NCBI GenBank assembly: GCA_965226885.1
Contig: CBDDEL010000016.1
Location: forward strand, 480,001 to 544,000
Origin: Opitutales bacterium
Lineage (GTDB): Bacteria; Verrucomicrobiota; Verrucomicrobiia; Opitutales; UBA2987
Length of the DNA stretch: 64,000 nt
Direction of reading: 5' to 3'
The notes under the pieces were generated by a model. It was not told the origin of the DNA, did not search any database, and saw only the letters and a list, made by a program, of their open reading frames with translations. The position numbers and the translations under genes are program-made. Positions 20,388 to 30,270 of the stretch are shown here, piece after piece; position 1 is the stretch's first letter, and each line of letters starts with the position of its first letter.

Positions 20388-20695
20388 TTAATTGGAGAGC
20401 CCGGGCGGGATGCTGAAGAGGCTGCCATCTACAATTCTCTGGAAAAACTTTCGATCCGAGGTGTTGTCATCGAATGTCCATATCCAGCCGGAATTGTCGC
20501 CAAAAAGGAACATCCAGCGATAGGTATTTTCGTTCAGAAAAAGCCACTGGCCCAAGTCAAAGTCCCAGATGTAGATTATTTCTTCTGTGGTGCCATCAAA
20601 AACAATTGCCAGCCGTGCTCGTCATGGAAAATCCAGGGCCAAATATCGACATTATACTTGAGATGCCAGGAGGGAGGAGTGCCAGCTGACAATTC
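20388..20695 (-). pseudogene. Orphan frameshifted paralog of the Trp-rich C-terminal domain
   Basis: Minus-strand translation across two frameshifts gives YNVDIWPWIFHDEHGWQ..IYIWDFDLGQWLFLNENTYRWMFLFGDNSGWIWTFDDN..FFQR..GSLFSIP..N*, collinear with the end of 18809-20269. Confidence 0.88.
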
Positions 20696-20746
20696 CATCG
20701 CTAAGGTTCGGCAATATTTCTTCCCGTTATTTGGGAATCAACAATC

Positions 20747-21718
20747 CTAATAATCGGTGGTCAGGGTGCGGTGGTGGGGTATTTTTGGTTCGTTTTCGAA
20801 TCCTTTTTTCCAGAGCCAGTAATCCAGATGCAGGGCGTCAATTTCGCCTTTGTTTTGTCGAACTTTTTCGATCAATATATCGCAGGCCGCGACCGTGACG
20901 ACCCGCATCTCGGTCTCTTCGCGGCTGCCTGCCTGCAGCCAACGCCGTTCGTTTATTTTCTCCGCCAGATCGCGGGTTAATTCCATGACGCCGATGCTCC
21001 TGAGGGCGACCGGCAGCATGTAATCGGCATAGACCGTCAATCGTTGGGGATTTGACAAACCTTCGGCGCCCCGAGCCAATCGGGCGGCGTGGAGCATGCC
21101 GGCGGCCAGTTGGGCTCTTTTGCGCAGAGGGATAAATGATTCATTTAGGATGCGGGCATCATTAAAGGAGGGAAATGTGGTAGCGAGAAAATCGGCGTGG
21201 GAAAGAGCGTCTTTTCCGGCCGCCGCGATGGCATTTTGCAAACGTCCGCCGTAGTTTTTTTCAAGAACTTTACCGATCTCGCGCAGGATGGCGATACGCT
21301 CGTCAACCAGAGGTAGAAAACCTTGCCCGGCGGCAAACGAGGAGGCAATTAAATCGCTTTTAAGTACTTTGGCGTCGTTTAAATCATGGCCCTTTGCAAA
21401 GGCGGCGTGGAGCATACCGAACTGGGCGAAGGCATCCACTTCGCGTTCTCCGGCAATGTCAATCGACCACATGGGCTGGGCATCCGGCGTCCAGTAGCAA
21501 AAATTGAGAGCGTTCCCCAGCCAGACCACGGCATCGAGGGTGGCGCCCGCCAATGGGGGAAAGGCAGGATGGTCCCAGGCCGGCAGCGGCAGGCGCTTAT
21601 GGGCCAATGTTTTGGCCAGTGATTCGATGGCGTCGCGGTTGACCGATACATGCCGGCAGCGCGGCAACATCTCCCGGCAAAGCATTCCCAGCGGCGTCCA
21701 TTTCATTTTATTCATCAT
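20747..21718 (-). CDS. Queuosine salvage protein (DUF2419/Qng1 family)
   Basis: NALNFCYW, RKRAQL, TVYADYMLP, GSREETEMR, LDYWLW and C-terminal PHHRTLTTDY. Confidence 0.85.
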   Translation of the reverse strand: MMNKMKWTPLGMLCREMLPRCRHVSVNRDAIESLAKTLAHKRLPLPAWDHPAFPPLAGATLDAVVWLGNALNFCYWTPDAQPMWSIDIAGEREVDAFAQFGMLHAAFAKGHDLNDAKVLKSDLIASSFAAGQGFLPLVDERIAILREIGKVLEKNYGGRLQNAIAAAGKDALSHADFLATTFPSFNDARILNESFIPLRKRAQLAAGMLHAARLARGAEGLSNPQRLTVYADYMLPVALRSIGVMELTRDLAEKINERRWLQAGSREETEMRVVTVAACDILIEKVRQNKGEIDALHLDYWLWKKGFENEPKIPHHRTLTTDY

Positions 21719-21719
21719 T

Positions 21720-22607
21720 TCAGGAAACCGCGATGCCGATGGAAAAAAGAACACTGTAAAGCATCAGGAATTGTGCCGTTTGGGCCAGAATTTGATTGTA
21801 TTCAGTTCCATAACAGGCATCGCGTAAATGCTTGCTTAAAAAATAGCTGGCCGGCCAAAGGATCAATGGAAGAAATACCCAGGGTTTCATACCAAGACGC
21901 CATAAAATGATGGGAACGAACAAAGCGAAAAGAAAATTAATTTGATAATGAACAAGCGCAAAAGGCCGCCCGAATCTAACCACGAGCGTATTCTTACGGG
22001 CCCGTTCATCATTTTCTGCATCCCGGTAGTTGTTGACTATGAGAATATTAGTAACCAAGCCCCCGGCCACAACCGATACCCAGAAGGAATTGACTGAAAA
22101 ATACCCCGATTGCACAAAAAAAGTGAACATGACCGCGATGAGTCCGAAAAAAATAAAAACCAGTAGATCGCCATAGCCATGATAGCCGAGCGGATAGGGT
22201 CCACCGGTGTAAGCGATAGCGCATAAAATACTGGTTGCGCCGATGGCCAGCAGCCACCAGCCCCCGTAAAAAATCAAGCCGCACCCTACCAGGAAGGCCA
22301 GCGCGAATACCACCGACATGGCCCGGAACATTTCTTTAGGGGTCATCAGCCCTCCGGCCACCGCACGGACCGGGCCAATGCGGTCCGGGGTGTCGGCGCC
22401 TTTCATAAAATCAAAATAATCGTTGGCGTAATTGGCGCCGATCTGGATGAGCAGGGCAAATGCCAGGCACAAGGCTGCCGGGAGGAATCTGAAACATCCG
22501 GCCTGCACAGCCAGGGCCGTTCCCAGCATAACGGGCGCCACAGCGGCGGGCAAGGTTTTGGGCCTGGCCGCAACGATGAGGGGTGAGGGTATTTTCCTAC
22601 CTCGCAT
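21720..22607 (-). CDS. menA: 1,4-dihydroxy-2-naphthoate polyprenyltransferase
   Basis: ARPKTL, NYANDYFDFMKGAD, YTGGPYP.GY.G.GD and NNYRD...K.TLVVR. Confidence 0.93.
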   Translation of the reverse strand: MRGRKIPSPLIVAARPKTLPAAVAPVMLGTALAVQAGCFRFLPAALCLAFALLIQIGANYANDYFDFMKGADTPDRIGPVRAVAGGLMTPKEMFRAMSVVFALAFLVGCGLIFYGGWWLLAIGATSILCAIAYTGGPYPLGYHGYGDLLVFIFFGLIAVMFTFFVQSGYFSVNSFWVSVVAGGLVTNILIVNNYRDAENDERARKNTLVVRFGRPFALVHYQINFLFALFVPIILWRLGMKPWVFLPLILWPASYFLSKHLRDACYGTEYNQILAQTAQFLMLYSVLFSIGIAVS

Positions 22608-22694
22608 AATAGATTAAACCAGCGCCTGAAATTTTTTTGTTTCGGGCATTTTCATGAATATTTTTTACCCGGACAGCCGGGATTGCCGCCCTTG

Positions 22695-23192
22695 CTACTC
22701 GAGCAGGGGCGTAAAATTGTCCTCGGGACTTGGCTCCAGATTGTAACGCATGATGGTTCTGGCGCAATAATTCCAACGCAGAATCGCTTCGTCGTTACCG
22801 GCCGGGCGAATCGCTTCCGCTTTCTCAAACAATTCCATGGCGTCGTGAATTAATTCATATGCCACAAATTTGGAGCCGGGAAAAACGTTCTCCAATTTCG
22901 ATTTAGCCCGGCGTTCACAGACTATCCCACTGTAATAATAGTTTTTGTAGTCGTCTTTGAAGTGGGAGAGAACATTCTTTATACGGGTCATGCCGACGGG
23001 GTGATCGGAATTAAACTGATCCGCCATGGCCAGAATAAGGAGGACGTGCGCCTCCTCGTTTTCCGGGTCGGTCTTGAGAATATCCTCGCAAATGCTTTCG
23101 GCCGTGGCCGAATCGTTGAGCAGGCGGTAGCGCATGGCCCGCTCCAGGGCGGCGGGAATAGATTCCCTGGATATTGATTTTAATTCGAACAT
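22695..23192 (-). CDS. Conserved helical (TPR-like) hypothetical protein downstream of sdhB
   Basis: MFELKSIS...ALERAMRYRLLN...ESICEDIL...YYSGIVCERRAK...GNDEAILRWN. Start ATG 23192. Confidence 0.75.
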   Translation of the reverse strand: MFELKSISRESIPAALERAMRYRLLNDSATAESICEDILKTDPENEEAHVLLILAMADQFNSDHPVGMTRIKNVLSHFKDDYKNYYYSGIVCERRAKSKLENVFPGSKFVAYELIHDAMELFEKAEAIRPAGNDEAILRWNYCARTIMRYNLEPSPEDNFTPLLE

Positions 23193-23217
23193 ATCAGGGC
23201 CTCGTATATTATTATTA

Positions 23218-23491
23218 GAACCTATCTCAAATTCGCTGATGAATGATGTTTGTAGCGCCACGGTGGCAGATGCCAGGCGGCTTCGCGGCCAGATGGGCGG
23301 TAAGCCCCTCGGGCGCGAACCAACGCCGCAGGTGCAACCGTGCCGCACAAATCCTTCGGACAGAGGCGATTATGGGCTTGAGCGGCGTTTCGTCGGGGTG
23401 GCAGTGCTTCCCGCCCAGCACATCCCGACGCGCCTTGCTCAAAACACATAATTGCTCTCTGCATCACCATCATCGATTTTTAGATAGGTTC
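23218..23491. mobile_element. MITE (non-autonomous, about 274 bp)
   Basis: TIRs GAACCTATCTCAAATTCGCTGATG and (reverse complement) GAACCTATCTAAAAATCGATGATG, TA on both sides, GC-rich non-coding interior. Confidence 0.8.
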
Positions 23492-23494
23492 TAA

Positions 23495-24238
23495 CTATCT
23501 TTTAAGTTTACGCAACAACATAGCCAGAGGATCGTAAAATTGGTCAACCACTCGTTCCTTGAGGGGAATAATGGCATTGTCGGTTATTGTGATCTCCTCT
23601 GGACAGACCTTGGTGCAGCACTTGGTGATATTGCATAAGCCGACGCCGTGGGCTTTTTTTAATTCCTCCAGACGATCTTCAGTGTCCAGCGGGTGCATTT
23701 CCAGCGCAGCCACATGAACCAGGAACCGGGGGCCGATAAATTCTTCGTGCATCTGATGTTCCCGCAATACGTGGCAGACATCCTGACAGAGGAAACACTC
23801 GATGCATTTGCGAAATTCCTGCACGCGATCAATGTCCTCCTGCCAGATGCGCCAGGAACCGTCGGCAGCGTCCGGCGGGCGGGGTTTGAATGGCTTGATT
23901 TTCTTTTTGACGTGAAAATTCCAGGAAACGTCAGTCACCAAGTCCTTGATGAGCGGAAAGGCTTTCATGGGTTCGACGGAAACGGGTTTTTGCAATGGAA
24001 GATCGGCCAGGCGGGTCATGCACATGAGACGCGGAACTCCATTGACTTCAGCCGAACAGGAACCGCATTTTCCGGCTTTGCAATTCCAGCGGCAGGCCAG
24101 ATCGGGAGCTTGTTCGGCCTGAATTTGACGGACCGCGTCGAGAACCACCATACCCTCTGAGATGGGGGTTTCGTATTGTTCAAACTTTACTCCTTGCGAG
24201 GTTCCCCGCAGTATTTTGAAGGTTACCTTGTCACTCAT
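23495..24238 (-). CDS. sdhB: Succinate dehydrogenase/fumarate reductase iron-sulfur subunit
   Basis: CKAGKCGSC...C, CIECFLCQDVC and CNITKCCTKVCP cluster motifs. Confidence 0.93.
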   Translation of the reverse strand: MSDKVTFKILRGTSQGVKFEQYETPISEGMVVLDAVRQIQAEQAPDLACRWNCKAGKCGSCSAEVNGVPRLMCMTRLADLPLQKPVSVEPMKAFPLIKDLVTDVSWNFHVKKKIKPFKPRPPDAADGSWRIWQEDIDRVQEFRKCIECFLCQDVCHVLREHQMHEEFIGPRFLVHVAALEMHPLDTEDRLEELKKAHGVGLCNITKCCTKVCPEEITITDNAIIPLKERVVDQFYDPLAMLLRKLKR

Positions 24239-26067
24239 CCCATTTCCTTGATGATGGTTTTAAGTTCCTCCGGCATTTCCGGTATCGGTTTACTACGAAC
24301 GCGCATTTTTCCATCGGGACCTTTGACGGTGACATGATTGCATTGGCCAAAGTCGGAATTTTTCTCGGGATAATCCTCCCGAAAATGGGCCCCGCGACTC
24401 TCTTTTCGTTCGAGGGCGGATAGGGCGATGGCTTCAGAGACCGTGAGCAAATGGGTCAGGTCCAAAGCCGTATGCCAACCCGGATTGAAACCCCGGTTTC
24501 CGGCAACATGCACCCGGCCCGCTCTTTCCCTCAAGATTTCGAGTCCTTCCAGGGCGTGCCGCATTTCCTCTTCTTTCCTCACGATTCCCACATTATGCTG
24601 CATCAATTTCTGTAAATCGCTTTGTATCGAATAAGGGTTTTCGGTTCCATTCTGTGGATCGTTATCCCGGCCAAATGGTTCCAGGGCCATTTTGGCGGCT
24701 TCTTCGATGGGCTCGTGACCGATACTGCCGAGACTGTTTTCCCGCGCAAATTTGGCGGCATATTCTCCGGCCCGTTTTCCCAAAACCAGCAGATCGGACA
24801 GGGAATTGCCCCCGAGGCGGTTGGCCCCGTTGATGCCGGCAGCACATTCCCCGCAGGTAAAAAGCCCCAGCACGGTGGACATTTGGGTGTCGGCATTGGC
24901 ATAGATGCCGCCCATTATGTAATGGGTGGTGGGTCCCACTTCCATGGGCTCTTTGGTTATGTCGATACCGGCCAGTTGTTTGAACTGATGGTACATGCTG
25001 GGGAGCTTTCTTTTAATGTGCTCCTCGGCATTGGGAAGTTTTTCTTTGATCCAGGCAATATCGAGGTAAACGCCTCCGTGCGGGCTGCCCCGGCCTTCCT
25101 TGATTTCTTTCACAATGCAGCGGGCGGTGTGATCGCGTGTGAGGAGCTCGGGCGGGCGGCGGGCGTCTTTGTCGCCTTGGGTGTAGCGCCAGCCTTCTTC
25201 CGGGTTGTCGGCCGTTTGGTTTTTGTAGTTATCCGGGATCTCGTCGAACATAAACCGCCGATTTTCATTGTTTAATAAAATGCCGCCCTCGCCCCGGACG
25301 CCTTCGGTGACCAGAATGCCTCGAACGCTGGGAGGCCAAACCATGCCGGTGGGGTGAAATTGAATGAACTCCATGTCGATCAATTCAGCGCCGGCCTCAT
25401 ATGCGAGGGAATGGCCATCGCCGGTGCAATCCCAACTGTTGCTGGTGATCTGGTAGGCCTGGCCGATGCCCCCGGTGGCCAAAATGACGGCTTTGGCCCG
25501 AAATAGCTGGAAGCGGCCTTTTTCCCGGTCGTAAACAAAAGCTCCGCAAACGCGGGAACCATCGCCATCTTTCAAAAGGCGGATTACGGTACATTCCATG
25601 TGCACTTCGATGCCTTGATGGATGCCGTGATCCTGGAGGGTACGGAGCATTTCCAGGCCGGTGCGGTCGCCCACGTGAACCAAGCGCGGATACTTGTGCC
25701 CGCCAAAATTTCTCTGCAAGATGCGGCCGTCTTTGGTGCGGTCGAAAACGGCGCCCCAGGCTTCCAGTTCCCGCACGCGCTGAGGCGATTCCTGAGCATG
25801 GATTTGGGCCATGCGCCAATTGTTGATGTATTGCCCGCCGCGCATGGTGTCGGAAAAATGCACTTTCCAGTTGTCGCGATCGTCCACATTACCGAGAGCG
25901 GCAGCGATGCCTCCCTCAGCCATTACGGTGTGGGCTTTGCCCAGGAGGCACTTGCAAATCATACCGACAGAGGAGCCTTCAGCCGAAGCCTCAATGGCCG
26001 CCCTTAAACCGGCTCCGCCGACGCCAACGACCAACACGTCATACTCAAATTCCTTGTAATCGACCAT
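24235..26067 (-). CDS. sdhA: Succinate dehydrogenase/fumarate reductase flavoprotein subunit
   Basis: Start ATG 26067 (TAATG overlap with the upstream stop). GVGGAG, AHTVMAEGG (FAD His), QFHPTG, HYIMGG, GANRLGGNSL and ESRGAHFR. Confidence 0.93.
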   Translation of the reverse strand: MVDYKEFEYDVLVVGVGGAGLRAAIEASAEGSSVGMICKCLLGKAHTVMAEGGIAAALGNVDDRDNWKVHFSDTMRGGQYINNWRMAQIHAQESPQRVRELEAWGAVFDRTKDGRILQRNFGGHKYPRLVHVGDRTGLEMLRTLQDHGIHQGIEVHMECTVIRLLKDGDGSRVCGAFVYDREKGRFQLFRAKAVILATGGIGQAYQITSNSWDCTGDGHSLAYEAGAELIDMEFIQFHPTGMVWPPSVRGILVTEGVRGEGGILLNNENRRFMFDEIPDNYKNQTADNPEEGWRYTQGDKDARRPPELLTRDHTARCIVKEIKEGRGSPHGGVYLDIAWIKEKLPNAEEHIKRKLPSMYHQFKQLAGIDITKEPMEVGPTTHYIMGGIYANADTQMSTVLGLFTCGECAAGINGANRLGGNSLSDLLVLGKRAGEYAAKFARENSLGSIGHEPIEEAAKMALEPFGRDNDPQNGTENPYSIQSDLQKLMQHNVGIVRKEEEMRHALEGLEILRERAGRVHVAGNRGFNPGWHTALDLTHLLTVSEAIALSALERKESRGAHFREDYPEKNSDFGQCNHVTVKGPDGKMRVRSKPIPEMPEELKTIIKEMG

Positions 26068-26870
26068 TAAAATAATCTCCAATCCGTCCACACGCCCATT
26101 GAGCAAAGCCGCACATAAACATCTGAAAACCCAACCCAGAAAAGGCTCAACCAGGCGAAACGCATATGCCTTTTGTTGAGGCAACTGACGCAGCCATAGG
26201 CATGTTTGCGGGCCGGCGTTTTGGTGATCTGGTCTATCATTCCGCCTACCAGGTGCCGCAGCGAATGGCAGCCCAAAGTGTATCCGCCGAGCAGGATTAC
26301 GTTGACGGCCAAAACGAGCGTCCCCACACCGATTCCAAACGAGACGCTTCCGGTTGCCGGGTCCTCGAACCAGAGGGCTTTCCAGACATCGTGGGTGAGG
26401 AAGATTATAAAGCCAAGGGCCAGGTAGAGAAAGTAGCGATGGATATTCTGCATGATCAGGGGGAAGGAGTTTTCTCCCCAAAAACTTTTTCGCGGTTCGC
26501 CCACCGCACAGGCGGGCGGATCGGCCCAAAATGCCTTGTAGTAGGCGCCCCGGTAATAATAGCAGGTGAGCCGGAATCCGGCTGGCGCCCAGAGGATGAG
26601 AAAAGCCGGCGACCACGGCAGCGCGGAGGGCCAGATTGACGGTTTTTGCCCAAACCAGCTATGGCCTGAACTTCCAAAAAGCTCCGGGGAATAAAATGGC
26701 GAGAGATAGGGGCCGAAGGTGTAATGATTTCCCTGGAAGGCGGCCCAGGTCGAGTAAATGATAAATGCCGATAGGCCCGCAAACACCGCCAGGGGTTGAG
26801 CCCACCAGGCGTCCGTGCGCATGGTTTGCCCAAAGCTGCTTTGTTTCAAATTGGCATTTGTGTATTCCAT
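26067..26870 (-). CDS. Type F (Rv0249c-like) succinate dehydrogenase single membrane anchor
   Basis: RTDAWW, YLSPFYSP, GFRLTCYYYR..YY, PPACAV.E, QNIHRYF, GCHSLRH and NKRHM, with multiple TM helices. Confidence 0.85.
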   Translation of the reverse strand: MEYTNANLKQSSFGQTMRTDAWWAQPLAVFAGLSAFIIYSTWAAFQGNHYTFGPYLSPFYSPELFGSSGHSWFGQKPSIWPSALPWSPAFLILWAPAGFRLTCYYYRGAYYKAFWADPPACAVGEPRKSFWGENSFPLIMQNIHRYFLYLALGFIIFLTHDVWKALWFEDPATGSVSFGIGVGTLVLAVNVILLGGYTLGCHSLRHLVGGMIDQITKTPARKHAYGCVSCLNKRHMRFAWLSLFWVGFSDVYVRLCSMGVWTDWRLF

Positions 26871-26911
26871 TTCAGGCAACAATCAGAAAATCAATCCGGC
26901 TCAAGCGGTTG

Positions 26912-26955
26912 GATATAGGGTCGGGATATTGATGATATAGGGTCGGGATATTGAT
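26912..26955. repeat. Perfect 22-bp tandem duplication in the sdh promoter region
   Basis: GATATAGGGTCGGGATATTGAT x2. Confidence 0.95.
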
Positions 26956-27746
26956 TCTGGCAAGTATTACTTTTAGAGGGGCTCCCCCACCAAGAAAAAA
27001 AAACGGGAATAGGTTTTACCATTGGCTTCGATTATTTATTCGCTGTCCAAAGATGGGTGGAGGCCCTCTGCCGCGGTGGCGAGGAGTTGGGCGGTTTTTG
27101 GGGAAAGAATGGTGAGGGCAATCTCCGCATAAGCGGGGCGGAGGGCGGCAGGTTGGGGAAAAGCGACGCTCTGGCCAACGATTTCAGATCGCACCCAGAC
27201 GCCTTCAGGATTCAAAACACGCCTGTAATAACGCACTTTAAATGAAACTATATTGCCCAGCAAAAAAGATTGTTCGATGTTCGATGGTGCGAGGATCTGA
27301 AAAATCATGAAATCGGGACTCTTCCACATTTTCCAGGTTTCCCTGCATTTGCTGAAAAGACTCGTCTGATTCGATGACTGTTCTATAGAGACTGGAGAGC
27401 CCGCTGGTGGTGGAGGAAGCGGTCAGTGGGTCGATGGGGAGGAGACGGTAGCTGACCGCGTTGAGATCGCCGGAGTGGTTACGGTCCCGATCTCTGGCGG
27501 ATGTAAAAAACCTCAGCCAGAGGGTACTGCCGGGCGTAGTTTGAGAAGCGCCCTGATCGGAAATTAGCCACGTTTTGCCATCATCGCGGAAAAATGCGCC
27601 GGAAAGATCCCTAGCCAAGTAATCGAGAACGATATCCGCCTCCAGATCCTGTGCATAATCGTTGGTTGCACCCTGCCACGATTCGAGGACGTTGTTGGAC
27701 AAGTAGAGAACTATAGCCGCCAAAACAACCATCAAAACGGAAGCTA

Positions 27747-30196
27747 TTAATCCGGCAATTGAATAGTAACAGTTAAGCGGCGTATTGAACATCCCGATGA
27801 TGGAAGAGTTCTTTAATCAAAATTGGTTTTCGTTGCCTGCTGCGCAGGTGGGTTCGCAGACTTCCCTGCAACTCAATTTGGCTGCGCGGGGCCGGCAGGT
27901 TCTTCAAGTTGGCTTTGACCGTGTTATTCAAATACTCATCGGGGTTCAATTCGGGACTGTAAGATGGTAGATAAAAAATCCCGATCCTATCGCGGTGTGA
28001 AATGGACGGGGAAAACTGGACAGTGGAATAAGGTGGTCTTGAACCACTAAATCCGCTAACCTATGAATGTTATTAAATCACGAAAGAGAAGACAATACAG
28101 TGCTGAGTTTAAAGCCCGAGTGGCCCTGGAAGCCATCAGGGGCGCTCATACCATCAACGAGATCGCCGGTCGTTTTGAGGTGCATCCCAACCAGGTGACC
28201 CAATGGAAGAAGCAGCTTTTGCAGGGAGCAACGGAGCTGTTTTCGCGCCAGCGGCAGACTCTCAGCAAGGACAACGAGACGGAAAAAGATCACCTTTACC
28301 AGGAGATTGGAAAGCTGAAAGTAGAATGCGATTGGCTAAAAAAAAAGTCTGAACAATTCGGTTGGTGAGAGGCGCAAGATGGTGCAACCACTTCAAGGAA
28401 AAATCAGTATCGGCAGGCAATGTCAGTTGCTGGGGCTGGCCCGCGGCAGCTATTACTATCGGGCCCGTGCCCAGTGCGAGCAGAACGTTCTCTACATGCA
28501 TCGCATGGATGAGCTCTACACCCAATATCCGTTTTTTGGTTCTCGCCGGATGACCCAGTGGCTGCGTCGAGAGGGCCATGCAGTGGGACGAGGCCGCATC
28601 CAGCGGCTCATGCGCCAAATGGGCCTGGAGGCTATTTATCCGCGTCGAAACTTGAGCCAGGGGCACCGGCAGCACCGCATTTTCCCTTATCTGCTGCGGG
28701 GTTTGGCGGTCGAGCGGCCCGACCAGGTATGGTGCAGCGACATCACTTACCTGCGGCTGAGCCGAGGATTCCTTTTCTTGACCGTGGTGTTGGACTGGTT
28801 CAGCCGCTACGTGTTGAGCTGGCAGCTTTCCAACACCCTGGAGAGCCGCTTCTGTGTGCTCGCCCTGGAGGAAGCTCTGAGGCGGGCCCAACCTCAAATC
28901 TTCAACACCGATCAAGGCAGCCAGTTTACCGGCAGCGAGTTCACCTCGGTGCTGGGGCAAGCCGGGGTGCGCATCAGCATGGACGGGCGTGGCCGCTACC
29001 TGGACAACATATTTGTTGAACGCTTTTGGAGAACCCTCAAGTATGAAGACATTTACCTGCGCGAATACGCCACGGCAAAGGAAGCCAGCGAAGGGATAGC
29101 CCGCTACCTGGACTTCTACAACCACCTGCGCCCCCACCAAGCCCTGGGCTACCGGACCCCGGCCGAAGTCCATGCAATCGGAGCAAAACCAACCTCCCCG
29201 CCAATACAGCTTGCGGGCACCTGCGTGCCCGTCTTTGGCTAAGGACAAAATATATTTTTAAAAAATAATATGAACACGATTTCCACCTTAATCCCACGTC
29301 AAAATTGTCCAAACAACCCCGTCCACTTCAGTGGGCTTCAATCCAACCGGTTACTTTTTTAGCATGATGCACTCTCAGATTGTCCACAATGAGAAAGATT
29401 TTCCGTTTGGCTCCTTTGATTAACTGGCGCAGAAATTTGATAAACAGTTCCACATTCAAGGCTCCCTTGTAAACCATGAAACGCAGCTTTCCACGGTTGG
29501 TTATAGTCGAGATCATGCTCGTGCTAAAACGACGCGCACTGCGTTTGGCAACTGGCGTTTTACCGCGCGGAGCATAACCTCTTCCCCGATGATCTTCGCT
29601 ACTGATGCCGGTTTCATCTCCCCAGTGGATTTGGGCCTGTTGCGCTTTGGCTCTGGCTTCGATGGCCGGGTAAGTTTGATCAAGCCACTTCTTAATCGCC
29701 TCAGGCTGCTGCTCATAGGCTTGTCTTCGAGGTTTTTGTGGAGTGAAACCCCAACGGCGAAGATACTCGCCCACCGTGCGGATCGGCATCTTCAAAGCAA
29801 ACTGCCTTTCAATCAACTCTTGCACCGCTTGGCGCGTCCACAGGGCAAAGGGCATCTTAAGCTGGTCGGGTCTCTTATCGGTAATCATTCGGCACACCAT
29901 GCGCTCTTGTTGGGAGCTCAATCTTCGACATTGGCCCTGCCGACGGCCCCGTTGTCCAAGCCGCAGGGCTTTTGGCCCTCCATTTCGGTAAAGGGCCCAC
30001 CATTTGCGCACAGCGCTGATCGATACCTTTAAAACCACGGAAACCTCTTCATAAGTGCAACCCTCTCTTTTCAGATCCACCGCCCGACACCTCAGCTCAT
30101 ATATAGTCTCTTCGCTTAGTAAACGCGCATCATTCCTATTCATGAACCTACTTTAGCATAAGTTATTGATATGTCACTATTTATTTGCCGGATTAA
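27747..30196 (-). mobile_element. IS630-family element copy 2, interrupted by IS3 type 2
   Basis: Same TIRs as copy 1, TA duplication at 27745-27746 and 30197-30198. Transposase starts at 30143 and is broken at 29330. Confidence 0.95.
27998..29330 (+). mobile_element. IS3-family element type 2 (orfA 28063-28368, orfB to 29242)
   Basis: TIRs TGAAATGGACGGGG...GGACA and TGAAGTGGACGGGG...GGACA, 3-bp TSD GTG, A9G slippery site at 28338-28347, motifs WCSDIT, NTDQGSQF and DNIFVERFW. Confidence 0.95.
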
Positions 30197-30270
30197 TAAC
30201 AAGACTTCGACCAGGGTAAAGGCTCCGGAATTCGGATTGAAGGTGAATTTTCTTTGGCGTTGTGCGGGCA

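Noticed and set aside
18809..20695. Diversity-generating retroelement (VR at the LRR gene 3' end, TR at 20388-20695)
   Set aside because: The copies differ at all four bases with many synonymous changes rather than only at adenines, and there is no reverse transcriptase in the window.
23134..23494. Several small overlapping ORFs between sdhB and the downstream gene
   Set aside because: They fall inside the TIR-bounded MITE.
26068..26616. 183-aa N-terminal extension of SdhA (793-aa ORF in the track)
   Set aside because: It overlaps the membrane-anchor gene in another frame. The real start is ATG 26067 with TAATG coupling.
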